A stretch of 64,000 nt of DNA from Candidatus Poribacteria bacterium (GTDB lineage Bacteria; Poribacteria; WGA-4E; PCPOR2b). Of the stretch, positions 1 to 9,045 are shown piece after piece. Where the stretch lies: contig OZ244825.1 in assembly GCA_965220385.1 (NCBI GenBank), positions 323,143 to 387,142 on the forward strand, read 5' to 3'. The position numbers and the translations under genes are program-made. The first letter of the stretch is position 1; each line of letters starts with the position of its first letter. The notes beneath the pieces were generated by a model that made no database searches, had not been told where the DNA came from, and saw only the letters and a program-made list of their open reading frames with translations.

Positions 1-234
1 TTTCTTAATCAAAAGTGGTAGGAATGCGCCGTATGCCGTAACTGCCGCATACCGCGACCTTTCCTAAGTGTTGGTTTTGAGCCTTCAACTGCATAAGTCG
101 TAGGTCATTAGCCGTCTGCAAGATGAAAGCGCGGGCTGTTTTTTCTGGATTCACCCTACATCTTATGACATAATATAAGCGATAGGGGCTGACGCGTCAT
201 CGGCGAAATCATAAAACCCACGCAAGCCCTATTG

Positions 235-257
235 TAGGTCGAGATTCATATCTCGAC
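235..257. repeat. REP-like hairpin element, family A (GTAGGTCGAGAT-TCAT-ATCTCGAC), copy 1 of 4
   Basis: Near-identical copies at 235-257, 10923-10946, 12657-12680 and 60996-61018. 8-bp perfect stem GTCGAGAT/ATCTCGAC with a 4-nt loop, headed by GTAG. Confidence 0.8.
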
Positions 258-1084
258 ACCTACTGCGTGTTGACATTTTGATGTTGCTAATTAGCAAACA
301 CTGTAGTCAGCGGGAAATCTGAAATGTAGCGCGAACTGTTAGTTTGCGTAGTGAGGGACCGCACTCTGATGGCCAGCACCGCCCCTCGCGCGGTTAGAAA
401 AGTTCCTTCCCGGTCACGCCTGCCCTCGGAACGGGGGAACGGACGATTCATCAGGCCTGTCCTGCCTGCTCTCGGCTTGTCGGAGTCCCGCTTGTCCCGA
501 TCCTATCGGGGGATTCATCGGGGGGATTTATCGGGGCGGCGACATGTGTGTCGTAGATCTGGTTATGTTTATAGTAAAAATTATAATTACTGATATATTT
601 GAATAATAACCACTGGTGCTAGTTTGCAGCTGTTGATAACGTCAAAGGTGATGCCCCGATAAATCGGGACAGGCTGTGAAACATCAAAACTATTGGCTTT
701 TGGGTGCCTTTAGCCCCGGAGGGGCGGCATGTTTATAGTACACGGATAAATAAATATCCCAAAGCCCCGGTTTCGAATCCCGATTTATCGGGGAGGGGCG
801 ACATGTGCAGCCGAAGGGTAGAACCAATGAGCTACCCTAATGCATCAATGAACGCTTCAACAATGTGGGAAAGATCCTCTCACTAACTAGCACTAAAGGT
901 CAATATGTATACCTGTTTGTATTGTTCACCATAATTGGGTATTGAGTATGAAAATTCGACCTGCGGGCTAACTACAACCTCCGTCGATATAGACGATAAA
1001 AGCTGATGGCCCGTCAAGCAATCCATAAAACCTGTATCAAACTGTTTGCGTGAACGAAATGTAGAGAATCATTGGGAGAACACT

Positions 1085-2701
1085 ATGAAACTGGCAGAAC
1101 TGATTATCACCGAAGCGAGAGGACGGGGACTAAAACACTTCTTCGGCCTTCCGGGAGGCGGATCTCCGCTGGATATGATGGAAGCCGGACGGCAGCTGGA
1201 CGTTAGCTTTGTCAGTGTTGCCCACGAATCGTCCGCCGCTATAATGGCAGCCTACTACGGCCTGATGCAAAACACCGCGGGATTGGCGCTGTCAGTGAAA
1301 GGGGTTGGCGCTGGTAATCTCGCCGGGGGTGCTGCCAATGCCTACTTTGAACGGATGCCGGTTGTCTGTCTCAGTGAGTCGTCGCCCACGGAGGTAGACC
1401 AAACAGAAATGGTACAGCATTGTGACCACACCCAACTGTTCGGGGCCGTGGTGAAGTATCAAGACACCTTAACCGCCGCCGAAGCAGCAGCCTCTGTACA
1501 AGAAGCCGTGTTTCAAGCGACGGACGGACGTCCCGGTCCCGCTCTCCTAAACCTGCCATCGGATATGGGACTGGTTGAATGCAGCGATCCCCTACCGGTC
1601 AAAACCTCATCGGACGCATCACTACCAGACAACGCTCAACTTGTCGCCGCTCGTAAATTCCTTCAAAACGCCTCCCAGCCGGTTGTCATCGCCGGCACAG
1701 ATGTCGTGCGGGCAGGCGCTATCAAAGAGCTGCAAGCCGTAGTCGAAAACATCGGCGCTGCGGTGTTGGTCAACATGGATGCACGCGGTGTCTTTCCCGA
1801 ATCCCATCTCCAGTGGGCGGGAGTCCTTACCGGCAACTACGGTTCCAACATCATCGAAACCGAGGTGATGGGCCAAGCGGATGCTGTCCTCCTGATCGGA
1901 GCGGACGGGATGATGACGCATACACCGTGGAACGTTGATCTGCCAACCTGTGAACTCGCTCTCCGACCGGAATACGAAGCACTGTCTCCCGATCCGAAGG
2001 TGCGGGTGGACGGGGACCTGAAGGAAACGCTCAAGGCGCTATCCGAGCACAGTCAACCGGGCTTTTCCGACGACCAGATCCAAAGGATACGCCACAAAGT
2101 TCTCCAAAATTTTAAGCGACCTGCGAACGCTCAATTCGCCGTCCAAGATATTATCGAAATCACCCGTGCCGTCCTGCCAGTGGATGGTGTCCTGTTTTCG
2201 GAGACCGGCGCTTACATTGCCATGCTTGAACATCTCTGGGGTGTGGATGACCCAAACACCTATTGGGGCACGGCGGGCGGACGAACCATGGGGCTGACAC
2301 TACCCGCAATTTTCGGTGCAAAGCTCGCGAAACCTGACATGCTCGCGGTAGGGATCGGCGGAGACGGAAGCTTGTTGATGCGCTTGGGTGAACTGGAAAC
2401 CTTTGCACGAACCGGTGTCGCAGCGCCGCTCATCATTATCAACGATCAAGCACTCGGAACCATGAAGTCCCGACAGAAATCGCGCGGCATGCCTGAGTAC
2501 GCTCTGGACTTCCACGCCGTCGATTTCGCCGGAATCGCCACGGCATGTGATCTAAAAGGAGTCACGGTGAACACACCTGAGCAGTTCGAAAGTGAGTTGA
2601 AAGTGGCGATGGACGCAGATCGAACGACGCTCATCGACGCACGGGTGGACGCACAGGCATATCAAGACAGCTTCGGACCAACGATCGGTGTGCTTGATTG
2701 A
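1085..2701 (+). CDS. Thiamine-pyrophosphate-dependent enzyme, acetolactate synthase large subunit / benzoylformate decarboxylase family. Start refined to the Met with a GGGAGA RBS; the ORF track starts at 1046.
   Basis: N-terminal TPP-enzyme pyrimidine-binding domain (GLPGGGSPLDMMEAG, HESSAAIMA). C-terminal TPP/Mg motif GIGGDGSLLMRLGELETF...IIINDQALG. About 550 aa, typical for the family. Confidence 0.8.
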   Translation: MKLAELIITEARGRGLKHFFGLPGGGSPLDMMEAGRQLDVSFVSVAHESSAAIMAAYYGLMQNTAGLALSVKGVGAGNLAGGAANAYFERMPVVCLSESSPTEVDQTEMVQHCDHTQLFGAVVKYQDTLTAAEAAASVQEAVFQATDGRPGPALLNLPSDMGLVECSDPLPVKTSSDASLPDNAQLVAARKFLQNASQPVVIAGTDVVRAGAIKELQAVVENIGAAVLVNMDARGVFPESHLQWAGVLTGNYGSNIIETEVMGQADAVLLIGADGMMTHTPWNVDLPTCELALRPEYEALSPDPKVRVDGDLKETLKALSEHSQPGFSDDQIQRIRHKVLQNFKRPANAQFAVQDIIEITRAVLPVDGVLFSETGAYIAMLEHLWGVDDPNTYWGTAGGRTMGLTLPAIFGAKLAKPDMLAVGIGGDGSLLMRLGELETFARTGVAAPLIIINDQALGTMKSRQKSRGMPEYALDFHAVDFAGIATACDLKGVTVNTPEQFESELKVAMDADRTTLIDARVDAQAYQDSFGPTIGVLD

Positions 2702-2752
2702 GTCACCCTCGTGCCTTCGCTAATCCGAAATGTTGTTAGGGAGAAAAACGCT

Positions 2753-3859
2753 ATGAAAATGAAAGCAGCCGTCCTCCACACAACCCCCGGGAAACTGTCC
2801 ATTGAAGAAGTTGACATCGCAGATCCCGGTCCAAGCGAAGTGCGCGTCAAGATTGCCGCGAGCGGTCTCTGTCACACGGACTGGGAAACAATGCACGGCT
2901 ACCAGCCTGTGAACCTGCCAGCCGTGATTGGCCATGAAGGTGCCGGTATTGTAGAGTCAGTCGGTCCAGGGGTCACCCGCGTCAAAGTTGGCGACCACGT
3001 CGCGTGCTCATGGAGCCCAAACTGCGGTCACTGCTTCTACTGCGACCACGGTCAGCCTATCCTCTGTGAGATTGCAAAAACTGCCAACGGACAAGGACTA
3101 CTGTTCGACGGCACGACGCGGATGCTCTTAGACGGGAAACCGGTCCATTACTACAGCCTCGTCTCCTCACACGCCGAGTATAATGTGATTCCCGAACAGG
3201 CGGCGGTGCCGCTGCGGGTAGATTTCCCGCTCGATCGGGCATCGCTACTCGGTTGTGCTGTCATGACCGGTTACGGCGGTGCTGTCCACGCAGGGCGCAT
3301 TAAGCCGGAGACCAGTGTTGTGGTAATCGGATGCGGGGCAGTTGGACTCAGCGCAATTCAAGGGGCTCGTATCTCTGGGGCGTCAATCATCGTGGGTGTC
3401 GATATCAATCCGCTGAAATTGCAGTGGGCGGAAAAGGTCGGCGCTACGCATGTTGTCGATAGCACGAAGGATGATCCGGTCGAATTTGTGCAGCATCTCA
3501 CGCAAGGACGAGGCGCCGATACCGCGATTGAAGCGGCGGGCCAAAATATCTCGATTCGACAAACGTTGGAAGCATCACGCCCCGGCGCACGTGTCGTCAT
3601 TCTCGGAAAAACCCCATACGGTGAAGAGGTCTCTTTTCCCTTCCATCTCATGATGGGCGAGCGCGAAATCGTCCGCACCTCCTACGGGATGAGTCGACCA
3701 CGCGTTGACTTCCCACGCTTGGCGAATCTGTATATGGAGGGGTGCCTGCTACTTGATGAAATGATTTCCAAGCGGCTATCCCTAGAGGAGATCAATGACG
3801 GCTTTGATGCCTTAGAAAAGGGAGATGTCGCACGGTCACTGGTTGTGTTTGATCTATAG
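2753..3859 (+). CDS. Zn-dependent alcohol dehydrogenase, MDR superfamily (class III ADH-like). Likely co-transcribed with the upstream TPP enzyme.
   Basis: GLCHTDWETMHG and VIGHEGAGIVESVG motifs. Structural-Zn Cys cluster CSWSPNCGHCFYCDHG. Rossmann motif VIGCGAVGLSAIQGA. GGGAGA RBS 7 nt before the ATG at 2753. Confidence 0.85.
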   Translation: MKMKAAVLHTTPGKLSIEEVDIADPGPSEVRVKIAASGLCHTDWETMHGYQPVNLPAVIGHEGAGIVESVGPGVTRVKVGDHVACSWSPNCGHCFYCDHGQPILCEIAKTANGQGLLFDGTTRMLLDGKPVHYYSLVSSHAEYNVIPEQAAVPLRVDFPLDRASLLGCAVMTGYGGAVHAGRIKPETSVVVIGCGAVGLSAIQGARISGASIIVGVDINPLKLQWAEKVGATHVVDSTKDDPVEFVQHLTQGRGADTAIEAAGQNISIRQTLEASRPGARVVILGKTPYGEEVSFPFHLMMGEREIVRTSYGMSRPRVDFPRLANLYMEGCLLLDEMISKRLSLEEINDGFDALEKGDVARSLVVFDL

Positions 3860-4092
3860 TCCGGCTTTGGATATGCCAATACACAAAATAAAACTTGATG
3901 GAATTGACTTTTGCGTGTATCATTTTCACTTGAGCTTTAGAAAGAATAGGCGATCTGCTGACTGGAAACGTAACGTACAGTCCATAGACAGGTTGATACT
4001 TTTGTTCTTGCCAATCCACAAGTCAGCCAAATGCCAAACATAATTCTGTGCCTTATCATTTATAACAAAGGGCAACCAAATCTAGGCGTAAA

Positions 4093-4713
4093 ATGAATCC
4101 TGCCCAAGCAATCCCCAAAATATCAGGCATCATCCTCGCCGCGGGACTGTCCTCCCGCATGGGTGAACCCAAGCAACTCCTTCCTTTCGGTGAAAGCACG
4201 ATTATTGAGACCGTGATAGATAGTCTGCTCGGATCCAAGCTGAACGAAGTTATCGTCGTTATTGGACACGAAGCGGAGAAGGTCCAAGCCCATATTCAGC
4301 ACAAACCGGTCAGAACTGTATTCAACCCTGACTATAAGGAAGGTATGCTGACCTCTGCACAGCGCGGAGTGGAATCAATCTCAGCGTCCGCCGATGCGTT
4401 TGCGATGACACTGGTAGATTTGCCGCTCATCACACCGGATTTAGTGGATATGGTCATTGACGAATACCTCCAAGCGGACGGCGGAATCGCGGTGCCAAGT
4501 TACAACTATCGCCGTGGGCACCCTGTTATTTTTGATCGACGCTATGCAGATGACATTCTCGGTCTGGATGAGGATAGCGGTGGGGTTCGGTCGCTTTTCA
4601 AGAAATATGCAGATGACATTCACTATGTAACTGTTGATACCGACCGAGTCTTGACGGACATCGACTATCGGAAAGATTACGAAGAAGCGCTACAGAAATC
4701 CTTGTCTGCGTGA
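4093..4713 (+). CDS. MobA-like NTP-transferase domain protein (molybdenum cofactor cytidylyltransferase MocA-like)
   Basis: N-terminal GIILAAGLSSRMGEPKQLLPF nucleotidyltransferase motif. About 200 aa. Sits upstream of coxD/coxE-like genes, as in xanthine/CO-dehydrogenase-family accessory clusters. Confidence 0.7.
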   Translation: MNPAQAIPKISGIILAAGLSSRMGEPKQLLPFGESTIIETVIDSLLGSKLNEVIVVIGHEAEKVQAHIQHKPVRTVFNPDYKEGMLTSAQRGVESISASADAFAMTLVDLPLITPDLVDMVIDEYLQADGGIAVPSYNYRRGHPVIFDRRYADDILGLDEDSGGVRSLFKKYADDIHYVTVDTDRVLTDIDYRKDYEEALQKSLSA

Positions 4714-4756
4714 AAACAGGGCAGCCAATTAAAATCTAACTGTAAAAGGATATTAA

Positions 4757-5692
4757 ATGATTGGTTCAATTGAAGAAGTACAAGAGACATTTGTGGAACA
4801 GAATTACATTGCCGATCGTGCGTTGGCAACAACAATCTACCTCGCCCATCACCTGAAAAAACCGATCTTCCTTGAAGGTGAGCCCGGCGTCGGTAAAACA
4901 GAGGTGGCAAAAGTCCTGGCGAGCGCGACCGGTGGAAATCTAATCCGTTTGCAATGTTATGAAGGACTGGATGTGAACAGTGCGTTGTACGAGTGGAACT
5001 ACACGAAACAACTCCTCCAACTGCGCATCGACGAAATGCGGGGGATGGACAAGGAACAGATCGGTGCTGATATCTTCAGCGAGGAGTTTCTGCTAAAACG
5101 TCCCCTCCTTGAAGCTATTCAGACTGACGGCGCTGCGGCACCTGTACTTCTCATCGATGAGGTAGACCGGAGTGATAGCGAATTTGAGGCGTTCCTTCTC
5201 GAAATCCTGTCAGATTTTCAGATTACCATTCCGGAGATTGGAACAATTCGTGCCAGACATATTCCTTATGTGGTGCTAACCTCAAACCGCACACGGGAGA
5301 TCCACGAAGCCCTGAAACGCCGCTGCCTCTATCAATGGATAGATTATCCGTCGGTGCAGAAGGAATTCGCAATCGTTAAAGCTAAGCTGCCGCATATCGA
5401 CGAAATGCTTGCCCAGCAACTTTGTAGCCTGATGCGGGTATTTAGGGAAGGTGATTACTACAAAAAGCCGGGAGTCGCAGAAACATTGGATTGGGGACTA
5501 GCCCTTATCGCATTGGGTAAAGACGGATTAGATCCCGACATCGTTGATGAAACACTCGGTTGTATTTTCAAATATCAGGATGATATTCAACGGGCACGAG
5601 ATGTGGGCTTGGACAAGATGGTAGATGGTGCCAAAAGTGATTCCGAGGTGACTAACGCCGAAAAGGTAGATTGGCGCTATATGCGTGGATAG
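4757..5692 (+). CDS. MoxR-family AAA+ ATPase (CoxD-like)
   Basis: Walker A GEPGVGKTEVAKVLA. Walker B LLIDEVDR. MoxR-like length (311 aa) and a downstream VWA partner. Confidence 0.8.
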   Translation: MIGSIEEVQETFVEQNYIADRALATTIYLAHHLKKPIFLEGEPGVGKTEVAKVLASATGGNLIRLQCYEGLDVNSALYEWNYTKQLLQLRIDEMRGMDKEQIGADIFSEEFLLKRPLLEAIQTDGAAAPVLLIDEVDRSDSEFEAFLLEILSDFQITIPEIGTIRARHIPYVVLTSNRTREIHEALKRRCLYQWIDYPSVQKEFAIVKAKLPHIDEMLAQQLCSLMRVFREGDYYKKPGVAETLDWGLALIALGKDGLDPDIVDETLGCIFKYQDDIQRARDVGLDKMVDGAKSDSEVTNAEKVDWRYMRG

Positions 5693-5731
5693 AATCAGGC
5701 TTACACAATTTTCCTGATTATCCTTAAAGAT

Positions 5732-5836
5732 TTATGGTGAATTTTAAAAATAAATAAACAGTTTCACCCGCCCGGTAGGTGCGGTTTGTAACCGCACCGG
5801 TTTGGAGTGTCTCATTAATTCTATAAACTACCATAG
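5732..5836. repeat. ~105 bp intergenic element, copy 1 of 2 (near-identical to 47289-47395). Contains a GGTGCGGTT-TGT-AACCGCACC hairpin.
   Basis: TTTATGGTGAATTTTAAAAATAAATAAACAGTTTCAcCCGCCCGGTAGGTGCGGTTTGTAACCGCACCGGTTTGGAGTGTCTCATTAATTCTATAAACTACCATAG. The two copies differ at a single position. Confidence 0.85.
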
Positions 5837-5859
5837 TAAATTCTATTCGGACTTAACCT

Positions 5860-7014
5860 ATGACAGATCAACAGCCTCTCCTTAAAGAAATCACCGCTTT
5901 CTGCCGGTTGCTCAAGCAGACAGGCGTGAATGTTACCACCACGAATCAAATTAGTTTCTGCCGAAGCGTTGAATTAATCGATATCGGACGACAACAAGAC
6001 TTCTACGACGCTGCCAAGATGAACCTGATCGCCAATGAATCGGATCGAGAGGCATTTGATACCCTTTTTGACTGGTTCTGGCGGTATCCCCGTCCCGACC
6101 CCCAGGAGATGGGGATTGACACGGAAGAAGAGCAGACGATGTCCCTTGAGGATCTAATGAACGCCGAAGAGACAACGGTGAACCTGGACCAGTGGACGGA
6201 GATGGAGGACGATAGTGAGGAAGGGGAGGAGGACACAGTTGCTTATAGTGCCGAGCAGGTTTTGACCCAGAAAGATTTCGGTCAATTCACGGCAGAGGAG
6301 ATGCAAAAGGCGCAGGAGGTTATCGCTAAACTTGTTCCACTGTTGGCAACCAAGCTGAGCCGCCGAAAAAAAACCAGCACCAAAGGGAAGACAATCGACT
6401 TTCGGCAGAGTTGGCGTAAAAACATCGCCTACGGCGGGGAACCACTGAAATTAATCCGGAAGCGCCGAAAGATCAAAAAGAACAAGATCTTACTGCTCTG
6501 TGATGTCAGCGGATCAATGGACTACTATTCCACCTTCCTGATTCAATTCATCTACGGGATGCAACAGGCGCTTGAAGAGGTCGAGGTAGCGGTTTTCAGT
6601 ACCGAACTCACGAACATCACCGGACTGCTCCGTCGCAAGGGACTTGAAGAAGGACTCCGTGAAGTCGCGCAGGTTGTCCCTGATTGGTCAGGGGGAACGA
6701 GGATCGGAGAAAGTATCGTTGCCTTTAACCGAGAGTTTGGTCGCTCTTTCTCTGCTTACAGGACCGTCGTTATTCTCATCAGCGACGGTTGGGATCGAGG
6801 CGAAGCCGATATCCTTCAGAAAGGGATGGAGGTGCTCCACCGCCAAGCGTATAAGTTAATTTGGTTGAATCCGCTACTCGGCAGCGAAGGGTATCAGCCA
6901 ATTTGTCGCGGTATCCGTACCGCGCTGCCGTATGTTGACTACTTCTTACCCGCTCACAATCTGGAAAGCCTTGTCCAGCTGACGAAAGTATTGACACCGA
7001 TCTGGACAGATTAA
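5860..7014 (+). CDS. VWA-domain protein (CoxE-like), partner of the MoxR ATPase
   Basis: MIDAS motif LLCDVSGSMDYY in the C-terminal half. Acidic low-complexity N-terminal region. Classic MoxR-VWA gene pair. Confidence 0.75.
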   Translation: MTDQQPLLKEITAFCRLLKQTGVNVTTTNQISFCRSVELIDIGRQQDFYDAAKMNLIANESDREAFDTLFDWFWRYPRPDPQEMGIDTEEEQTMSLEDLMNAEETTVNLDQWTEMEDDSEEGEEDTVAYSAEQVLTQKDFGQFTAEEMQKAQEVIAKLVPLLATKLSRRKKTSTKGKTIDFRQSWRKNIAYGGEPLKLIRKRRKIKKNKILLLCDVSGSMDYYSTFLIQFIYGMQQALEEVEVAVFSTELTNITGLLRRKGLEEGLREVAQVVPDWSGGTRIGESIVAFNREFGRSFSAYRTVVILISDGWDRGEADILQKGMEVLHRQAYKLIWLNPLLGSEGYQPICRGIRTALPYVDYFLPAHNLESLVQLTKVLTPIWTD

Positions 7015-7127
7015 ATAGATGTGTCAAAGAAGGAAAAGCAGGGGAGGCGAGCGAAATCCAATTTTGCAAGTGAGCAACGCTTGTCCATCGGATAGAATGA
7101 GAGGGGGCGAGACAAACAACTTTACGG

Positions 7128-7691
7128 ATGACGCATTACGTTTCACATTTCACGTTCCACGTTTCGCGCAGTTGGATCCTATGTGTCCCACTCGTTCTAC
7201 TGACCTGCGCCTCCTCACCGCTTATCGTTCCAGAGTACGGGATGATAGCCCCCGATTTTACCCTCAAGGACCAGAATGACATAGAAGTTCAGTTGAGCAA
7301 ATTCCGCGGGGAGAATGTGTTGCTATTCGGTTTTGATAAGGATAGCATCGACCGTGGAGGAGCTTGGCTCAATCTCCTTGTGGAACGATATAATGAGCGG
7401 CTGCGGATTCTTCCTGTCGCCAATGGAGCGAGTCTTCCTTTCTCTGCACGTCTGTTTCTGCGGGGCAAGATGAAAGCTGAATTCCAGGACGCTGCTGAAG
7501 AATTTAATCTGTCAAGTTTCCTCTTGGACTGGACAGGCGAAGTCTCTCGTCAGTATGGCATACCGCTTGAGACCCCGACAGTCGCGCTGATTGACCGCAC
7601 AGGTCGCATTCAATTGGTGCATCCGCTTCCACCACTAACGGCGGACGCGGCGCGTGCAACCTTTGATCGGATTGATAAACAGATCAAGTGA
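7128..7691 (+). CDS. Thioredoxin-fold (redoxin/AhpC-TSA-like) protein lacking the catalytic Cys. The start is uncertain: the annotated N-terminus overlaps a TTTCACG heptad repeat array.
   Basis: APDFTLKDQNDIEVQLSKFRGENVLLFGF resembles the peroxiredoxin/TlpA N-terminal strand-helix region, but no CxxC or peroxidatic Cys follows. The true start is probably downstream of 7128. Confidence 0.45.
   Translation: MTHYVSHFTFHVSRSWILCVPLVLLTCASSPLIVPEYGMIAPDFTLKDQNDIEVQLSKFRGENVLLFGFDKDSIDRGGAWLNLLVERYNERLRILPVANGASLPFSARLFLRGKMKAEFQDAAEEFNLSSFLLDWTGEVSRQYGIPLETPTVALIDRTGRIQLVHPLPPLTADAARATFDRIDKQIK
7131..7170 (+). repeat. TTTCACG heptad tandem repeat array with conserved lead-in CGCATTACGTTTCAC
   Basis: TTTCACA-TTTCACG-TTCCACG-TTTCGCG. 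Related arrays at 12721-12743, 14262-14300 and 42083-42125. Confidence 0.7.
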
Positions 7692-7719
7692 TAATGAAAA
7701 CGTAGTGGGCGTCATTCCT

Positions 7720-7745
7720 GTAGGAGTAACCCTTGTGGTTACCCT
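7720..7745. repeat. REP-like hairpin element, family C (GTAGGRGYAAYCCTTGTGGTYRCCC)
   Basis: GTAGGAGTAACCCTTGTGGTTACCC. Stem GTAACC/GGTTAC. Related copies at 36298-36322 and 47431-47455. Confidence 0.7.
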
Positions 7746-7853
7746 TCATAGCTAAGTCCCGATGCGCATTGCGTTGGAAATAATTGAGATTATTTGGAAC
7801 CCAAATCAAAAAAAGCAAATATACATCAAATACAAATATAAGGAGTTTTCAAA

Positions 7854-8981
7854 ATGCAAGTACAAGCTGCAGTAATGCCAGAACCAGGGCAAATTGAGAT
7901 TCGTGCATTTGAAAAACCGACCCCTGCCGATGATGCACTCCTTCTTCAAGTAGACCAAGTCGGAATTTGTGGTAGCGATAAGCACATGTATCTCGGTCAT
8001 ACAAATCTGAATTTCCCCGTAATTCCGGGGCACGAAGTCGTTGGCACTGTCGCTGAAATTGGCAAGAATGCGAATCAGGTCATGAATGTGATGGGCGGAC
8101 CAATTAAAGAAGGCGATCCGGTAACTGTGGTCCCCGGCTCAAAGAACTGTGGGAAATGCTACTACTGTCTGCGGTTTCCGCACCGTCCGACCCTGTGTAC
8201 GAGTCGAACCATCTACGGGTTCAGTAACTGTGAAACCCCACCCTATCTGACCGGCGAGTTTTCAGAGTACACCTACATCCACGGCAACTCTTGGGTGTTC
8301 AAAGTATCAGAGGGTGTCCCTAAAGAGCTGCGCGTCCTGACCGAGCCTGTCGCGGTTGCGACCCGTGCGGTAGAACGGGCACATGCACCGGGTGTACCAC
8401 AAGTTGGGGCAGGTTACGGCATCGGAGATAGTGTTGTCGTCCTCGGTTGCGGTCCCATTGGGCTTCTCGTGATTGCCGTACTCCGTAGCACCGGCGCGGG
8501 CACCATCATCGCTACCGATATTGTGGACAGTCGCTTAGATATGGCGCAACATATGGGAGCAGACGTTGCCATCAACGTTGGTGATACCTCTCCCGAAGGA
8601 CGTCTCGAGCAGGTCCAGGATCTCACAAGCGGAGCGGGCGCGGACATCGCAATCGAATGCGCCGGGATACCGGGTGTCTTCGCTGAAGCTATTGACCTTG
8701 TCCGTCGCGGCGGTAAAGTGATCGAGGTGGGGCACTACACCGACTCAGGTTCCGTCAATGTACGTCCACACCAGATCTGCAACAAAGACCTTGACATCTG
8801 TGGTGTGTGGGCATATCCACAGATCCAATTTCAGACCGCCCTCGATTTCTTAGAGCGAACCCAGGTGCCCCTGAAAGATCTCATTACGCATCATATTCCC
8901 TTAACCCGATTAGAGGAAGGTATCCAAATGCTTGGGGAGGAGGGTGTCTATAAGGTCGTTGTCGAACCGCACGCAAGTTAA
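7854..8981 (+). CDS. Zn-dependent alcohol/polyol dehydrogenase, MDR family (sorbitol/threonine dehydrogenase-like)
   Basis: GICGSDKHMYLGH, VIPGHEVVGTV and Rossmann VLGCGPIGLLVIA motifs. AAGGAG RBS upstream. Confidence 0.85.
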   Translation: MQVQAAVMPEPGQIEIRAFEKPTPADDALLLQVDQVGICGSDKHMYLGHTNLNFPVIPGHEVVGTVAEIGKNANQVMNVMGGPIKEGDPVTVVPGSKNCGKCYYCLRFPHRPTLCTSRTIYGFSNCETPPYLTGEFSEYTYIHGNSWVFKVSEGVPKELRVLTEPVAVATRAVERAHAPGVPQVGAGYGIGDSVVVLGCGPIGLLVIAVLRSTGAGTIIATDIVDSRLDMAQHMGADVAINVGDTSPEGRLEQVQDLTSGAGADIAIECAGIPGVFAEAIDLVRRGGKVIEVGHYTDSGSVNVRPHQICNKDLDICGVWAYPQIQFQTALDFLERTQVPLKDLITHHIPLTRLEEGIQMLGEEGVYKVVVEPHAS

Positions 8982-9045
8982 GCGAGGCGGTACTCGATAA
9001 ATTGCTCCGCAATCTACATCCGCTTCTCCCGAAAGGAGGCAGAAA

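Noticed and set aside
351-886. ORF-track entries 351..593 (80 aa) and 704..886 (60 aa)
   Set aside because: Their translations (GIHRGDLSGRRHVC, PDLSGRGDMCSR) are read-throughs of the GAGGGGCGACATGTG and CCCGAT..ATCGGG repeat units. There is no RBS and the composition is Arg/Ser-rich, typical of GC-rich non-coding frames.
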